Positions 59,865 to 64,000 of a DNA stretch of 64,000 nucleotides are shown here, in pieces. A model generated the notes under the pieces. It had not been told where the DNA came from. It did not search any database and saw nothing but the letters and a program-made list of their open reading frames with translations. Both the position numbers and the translations under genes were made by a program. This stretch comes from Gemmatimonadota bacterium (GTDB lineage Bacteria > Gemmatimonadota > Gemmatimonadetes > Gemmatimonadales > Gemmatimonadaceae), in the NCBI GenBank assembly GCA_021413975.1, contig JAIOPJ010000020.1, forward strand, positions 57,975 through 121,974. Reading direction: 5' to 3'. Each line of letters begins with the position of its first letter. Within the stretch, counting starts at the first letter, position 1.

Positions 59865-61481
59865 ATGCTGCTCAAACATCTCGCTGTCGCCGCCATGGCC
59901 GTGAACATCGTGATCGTGAACGCCCGTGTCTGGACGGGCGATCCCCGTCGCCCCTGGGCCGATGCCGTCGCGATCGAGGGCGATCGCATCTGGGCCGTGG
60001 GGTCGAGCGCCGAGATCATGAAGCTCGCCGGCGGTGCGCGCGTGATCGACGCCAAGGGCGCCATGGTCGCGCCGGGCTTCACCGACACGCATGTGCACTT
60101 CGTTGAGGGAGGCTTCCGTCTGGCCTCGGTGCAACTGCGCGACGCGCGCACCCCGGCGGAGTTCATCGCGCGCATCAAGGCCTTCGCCGCCACCGTGCCC
60201 AAGGGCACCTGGATCCTCGGCGGCGACTGGGATCACCAGAACTGGGGCGGTGAACTCCCGTCACGTGCCTGGCTCGATTCGATCACCCCCGATCATCCGG
60301 TCTTCGTCACGCGGCTCGACGGGCACATGTCGGTCGCCAACGGCCTCGCGCTGCGCGCCGCAGGCGTCACGCGCGCCACCGCGAACGTCGACGGCGGCGA
60401 GATCGTGCGCGATGCCGCGGGCGAACCCGCCGGCGTGTTCAAGGACAACGCCACGGCACTGATCGAGCGCGTGATCCCCCCCGCGAGCGACGTGATGAAC
60501 GACCGCGCGCTCGAGGCGGCCATGTCCTATGTCGCGTCGAACGGCGTCACCGCGGTGCACAACATGGGGTCGTGGGACGACCTCGCCGCGTTCGAGCGCG
60601 CACACGTGGCGGGGAGGCTCCGCACCCGCATCTACGCGGCCGTGCCGCTCTCCACCTGGCCGCGTCTCGCCGCGTACGTGAAGGCGCACGGCGGCACCGG
60701 TGACGGCTGGCTCCACTACGGTGCACTCAAGGGCTTCGTGGACGGATCGCTCGGCTCGCACACCGCGGCGATGCTCGAACCGTTCACCGACGCACCGAAC
60801 GACCGCGGCTTCTATGTGACGAGCAACGCGGACCGATACGCGCAGATCAAGGGCGCCGACGCGGCCGGATTGCAGGTGTTCGTCCATGCGATCGGCGACC
60901 GCGCGATCCGCGAGCAGCTCGACATCTTCGATCGGGTGGCTCGCGAGAACGGCCCGCGCGACCGGCGCTTCCGGATCGAGCACGCCCAGCACATCGCGCC
61001 GGCCGACATCACCCGCTTCGCACCGCTCGGCGTGATCGCGTCCATGCAGCCGTACCATGCGATCGACGACGGCCGGTGGGCCGACCGCGTGATCGGCTCC
61101 GAGCGTGCGAAGGGCACCTATGCCTTCAAGTCACTGCTCGACGCGGGGGCCAAGGTCTCCTTCGGCTCCGACTGGTTCGTCGCACCGCCCACGCCGCTCG
61201 AAGGGATCTACGCTGCGGTCACGCGCCGTACGCTCGACGGGGCGAACCCCGGCGGCTGGGTGCCGCAGGAGCGGATCACGGTGGAGCAGGCGCTGCGCGC
61301 CTACACGGCGACGGCGGCCTACGCGGGGTTCGAGGAGCTCGAGCGCGGCGTGCTCAAGGCCGGGATGCTCGCCGACCTCGTGATGATCGACCGTGATCTC
61401 ACGCGCGTCGCGCCCGAGCAGCTCCGCGAGGCGAAGGTCCTGCTGACCGTCGTGGGCGGCAAGGTCGTGTTCGAGCGCTGA
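59865..61481 (+). CDS. Amidohydrolase-3 (YtcJ-like) metal-dependent hydrolase
   Basis: Track ORF of 538 aa. Motifs are PGFTDTHVHFVEGG, RLDGHM, FVHAIGDRA and RIEHAQH. Confidence 0.85.
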   Translation: MLLKHLAVAAMAVNIVIVNARVWTGDPRRPWADAVAIEGDRIWAVGSSAEIMKLAGGARVIDAKGAMVAPGFTDTHVHFVEGGFRLASVQLRDARTPAEFIARIKAFAATVPKGTWILGGDWDHQNWGGELPSRAWLDSITPDHPVFVTRLDGHMSVANGLALRAAGVTRATANVDGGEIVRDAAGEPAGVFKDNATALIERVIPPASDVMNDRALEAAMSYVASNGVTAVHNMGSWDDLAAFERAHVAGRLRTRIYAAVPLSTWPRLAAYVKAHGGTGDGWLHYGALKGFVDGSLGSHTAAMLEPFTDAPNDRGFYVTSNADRYAQIKGADAAGLQVFVHAIGDRAIREQLDIFDRVARENGPRDRRFRIEHAQHIAPADITRFAPLGVIASMQPYHAIDDGRWADRVIGSERAKGTYAFKSLLDAGAKVSFGSDWFVAPPTPLEGIYAAVTRRTLDGANPGGWVPQERITVEQALRAYTATAAYAGFEELERGVLKAGMLADLVMIDRDLTRVAPEQLREAKVLLTVVGGKVVFER

Positions 61482-61491
61482 CGGCGTTCGC

Positions 61492-63071
<1,580 letters not shown>

Positions 63072-63094
63072 CCGATCACGCAGGGACCACCGCG

Positions 63095-64000
63095 TCAGAA
63101 GGCCGCGATCTCGATGTACGCCTTGGTGAAGTCCGCGACCTGCGGCAGGATCTCATCCTCGAGACTCGGCGCGTACCCGACGAACGTATCCATGCTCGCC
63201 ACCCGCTTCACCGGCGCGTCGAGCCAGGCGAAGCAATCGTCGGCGATGCGCGCCGCGATCTCCGCACCGTAGCCCCACGAGATCGAATCCTCGTACGCCA
63301 CGATCACGCGGCCCGTCTTCTTGACCGAGGCATAGACCGTCTCCTGGTCCCAAGGCGAGAGCGTGCGCAGGTCGATCACCTCGACACTGAGCCCCTTCTC
63401 CTCCTCGATCTGCTTGGCCGCCACGAGCGCGCGGTGCACCGTCGCGCCGTACGTCACCACGGTCATGTCGCTGCCTTCCTTCACGATCCGCGCCTTGCCG
63501 AACGGGATCATGAAGTTCGGGCCCGGATACGCGCCCTTGTTGTACGTCTGCCGGTAGAGATGCTTGTGCTCGAGGAAGATCACCGGGTCCTCGCAGCGGA
63601 TCGCCGTGCGCAGCAGCCCGTTGGCGTCGAGCGCGTTGCTCGGGCAGACCACGCGCAGGCCCGGGCAGTGCGTGAAGAGCGAGGCCCCGGTCTGCGAGTG
63701 GTAGATCGCGCCGCGGATGTAGCCGCCGTAGGTCGTGCGCACGACCACTGGCGCGGCGAAATGGTTGTTCGAGCGGTAGCGCATGGTCGCGAGCTCGTCG
63801 CGGATCTGCATGTACGCGGTCCAGATGTAGTCGAAGAACTGCACCTCGACCACCGGCTTGAAGCCGCGCAGTGACATGCCGATCGCACGGCCCAGGATGT
63901 TCGCCTCCGCGAGCGGCGTGTTGTACACGCGCGTGCCGCCGAACTCCTTCTGCAGCCCCCACGTCACCTTGAAGACGCCGCCCTTGCCCTTGACCTTGCC
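63095..64000 (-). CDS. 2-oxoacid dehydrogenase E1 component, beta (transketolase-like) part; 5' end outside window
   Basis: Track ORF 63095..63967 continues open to the window edge (…[35 protein letters not shown]). Typical E1-beta blocks are present and the C-terminal transketolase domain is complete. I cannot tell whether it is fused to an alpha part. Confidence 0.85.
   Translation of the reverse strand, partial: GKVKGKGGVFKVTWGLQKEFGGTRVYNTPLAEANILGRAIGMSLRGFKPVVEVQFFDYIWTAYMQIRDELATMRYRSNNHFAAPVVVRTTYGGYIRGAIYHSQTGASLFTHCPGLRVVCPSNALDANGLLRTAIRCEDPVIFLEHKHLYRQTYNKGAYPGPNFMIPFGKARIVKEGSDMTVVTYGATVHRALVAAKQIEEEKGLSVEVIDLRTLSPWDQETVYASVKKTGRVIVAYEDSISWGYGAEIAARIADDCFAWLDAPVKRVASMDTFVGYAPSLEDEILPQVADFTKAYIEIAAF

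Overview
Very GC-rich bacterial chromosomal segment. GC was not computed, but the strong third-position GC bias produces long antisense shadow ORFs across the whole window. I call 58 protein-coding genes. I found no rRNA or tRNA genes, no CRISPR array, and no transposase, integrase or phage genes. This looks like core chromosome, not an island. Many genes are joined by 1- or 4-nt start/stop overlaps (ATGA, GTGA, TTGA, TGATG), and I used these overlaps to fix start codons. The gene content suggests a Gemmatimonadota-like diderm, but that is inference only. The supporting features are a SusC/SusD pair, CarboxypepD_reg-plug proteins, many secreted peptidases and amidohydrolases, and high GC. Main blocks, in order: (1) a copper-acquisition-like cluster of a small Cys/His protein, a TonB-dependent receptor, a CopC-CopD fusion and YcnI; (2) an operon of a small membrane protein, queG and a CDF transporter; (3) a TetR-controlled TolC/HlyD/2xABC/2xABC-2 efflux operon resembling cecR-ybhGFSR; (4) acyltransferase, AP-superfamily, LOG, amidase and deoxyhypusine-synthase-like genes; (5) a 2082-aa lipoprotein with six novel-looking A/B super-repeats, coupled to a DUF3761-like protein; (6) an MBL, DUF3299, MacB-type ABC and M28 peptidase operon; (7) greA with a promoter-proximal leader terminator; (8) TlpA/beta-propeller genes, glpD, fadI-fadJ, M14 peptidase, rsgA and pdxH; (9) an ECF sigma, RsrA-like anti-sigma and MoaB operon; (10) an orphan SusC/SusD pair next to a barrel-less plug protein; (11) OsmC, rhodanese, amidohydrolases, twin 2Fe-2S ferredoxins, a tryptophanase/tyrosine phenol-lyase and a truncated 2-oxoacid dehydrogenase E1. 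I see no recognisable defence or toxin system. The most novel-looking items are three: the A/B super-repeat lipoprotein unit, a family of TGAAGGN heptad arrays attached to GC hairpins at four loci, and the unclassified Cys/His/Met-rich protein heading the copper cluster. All family assignments come from reading motifs by eye, with no database search.
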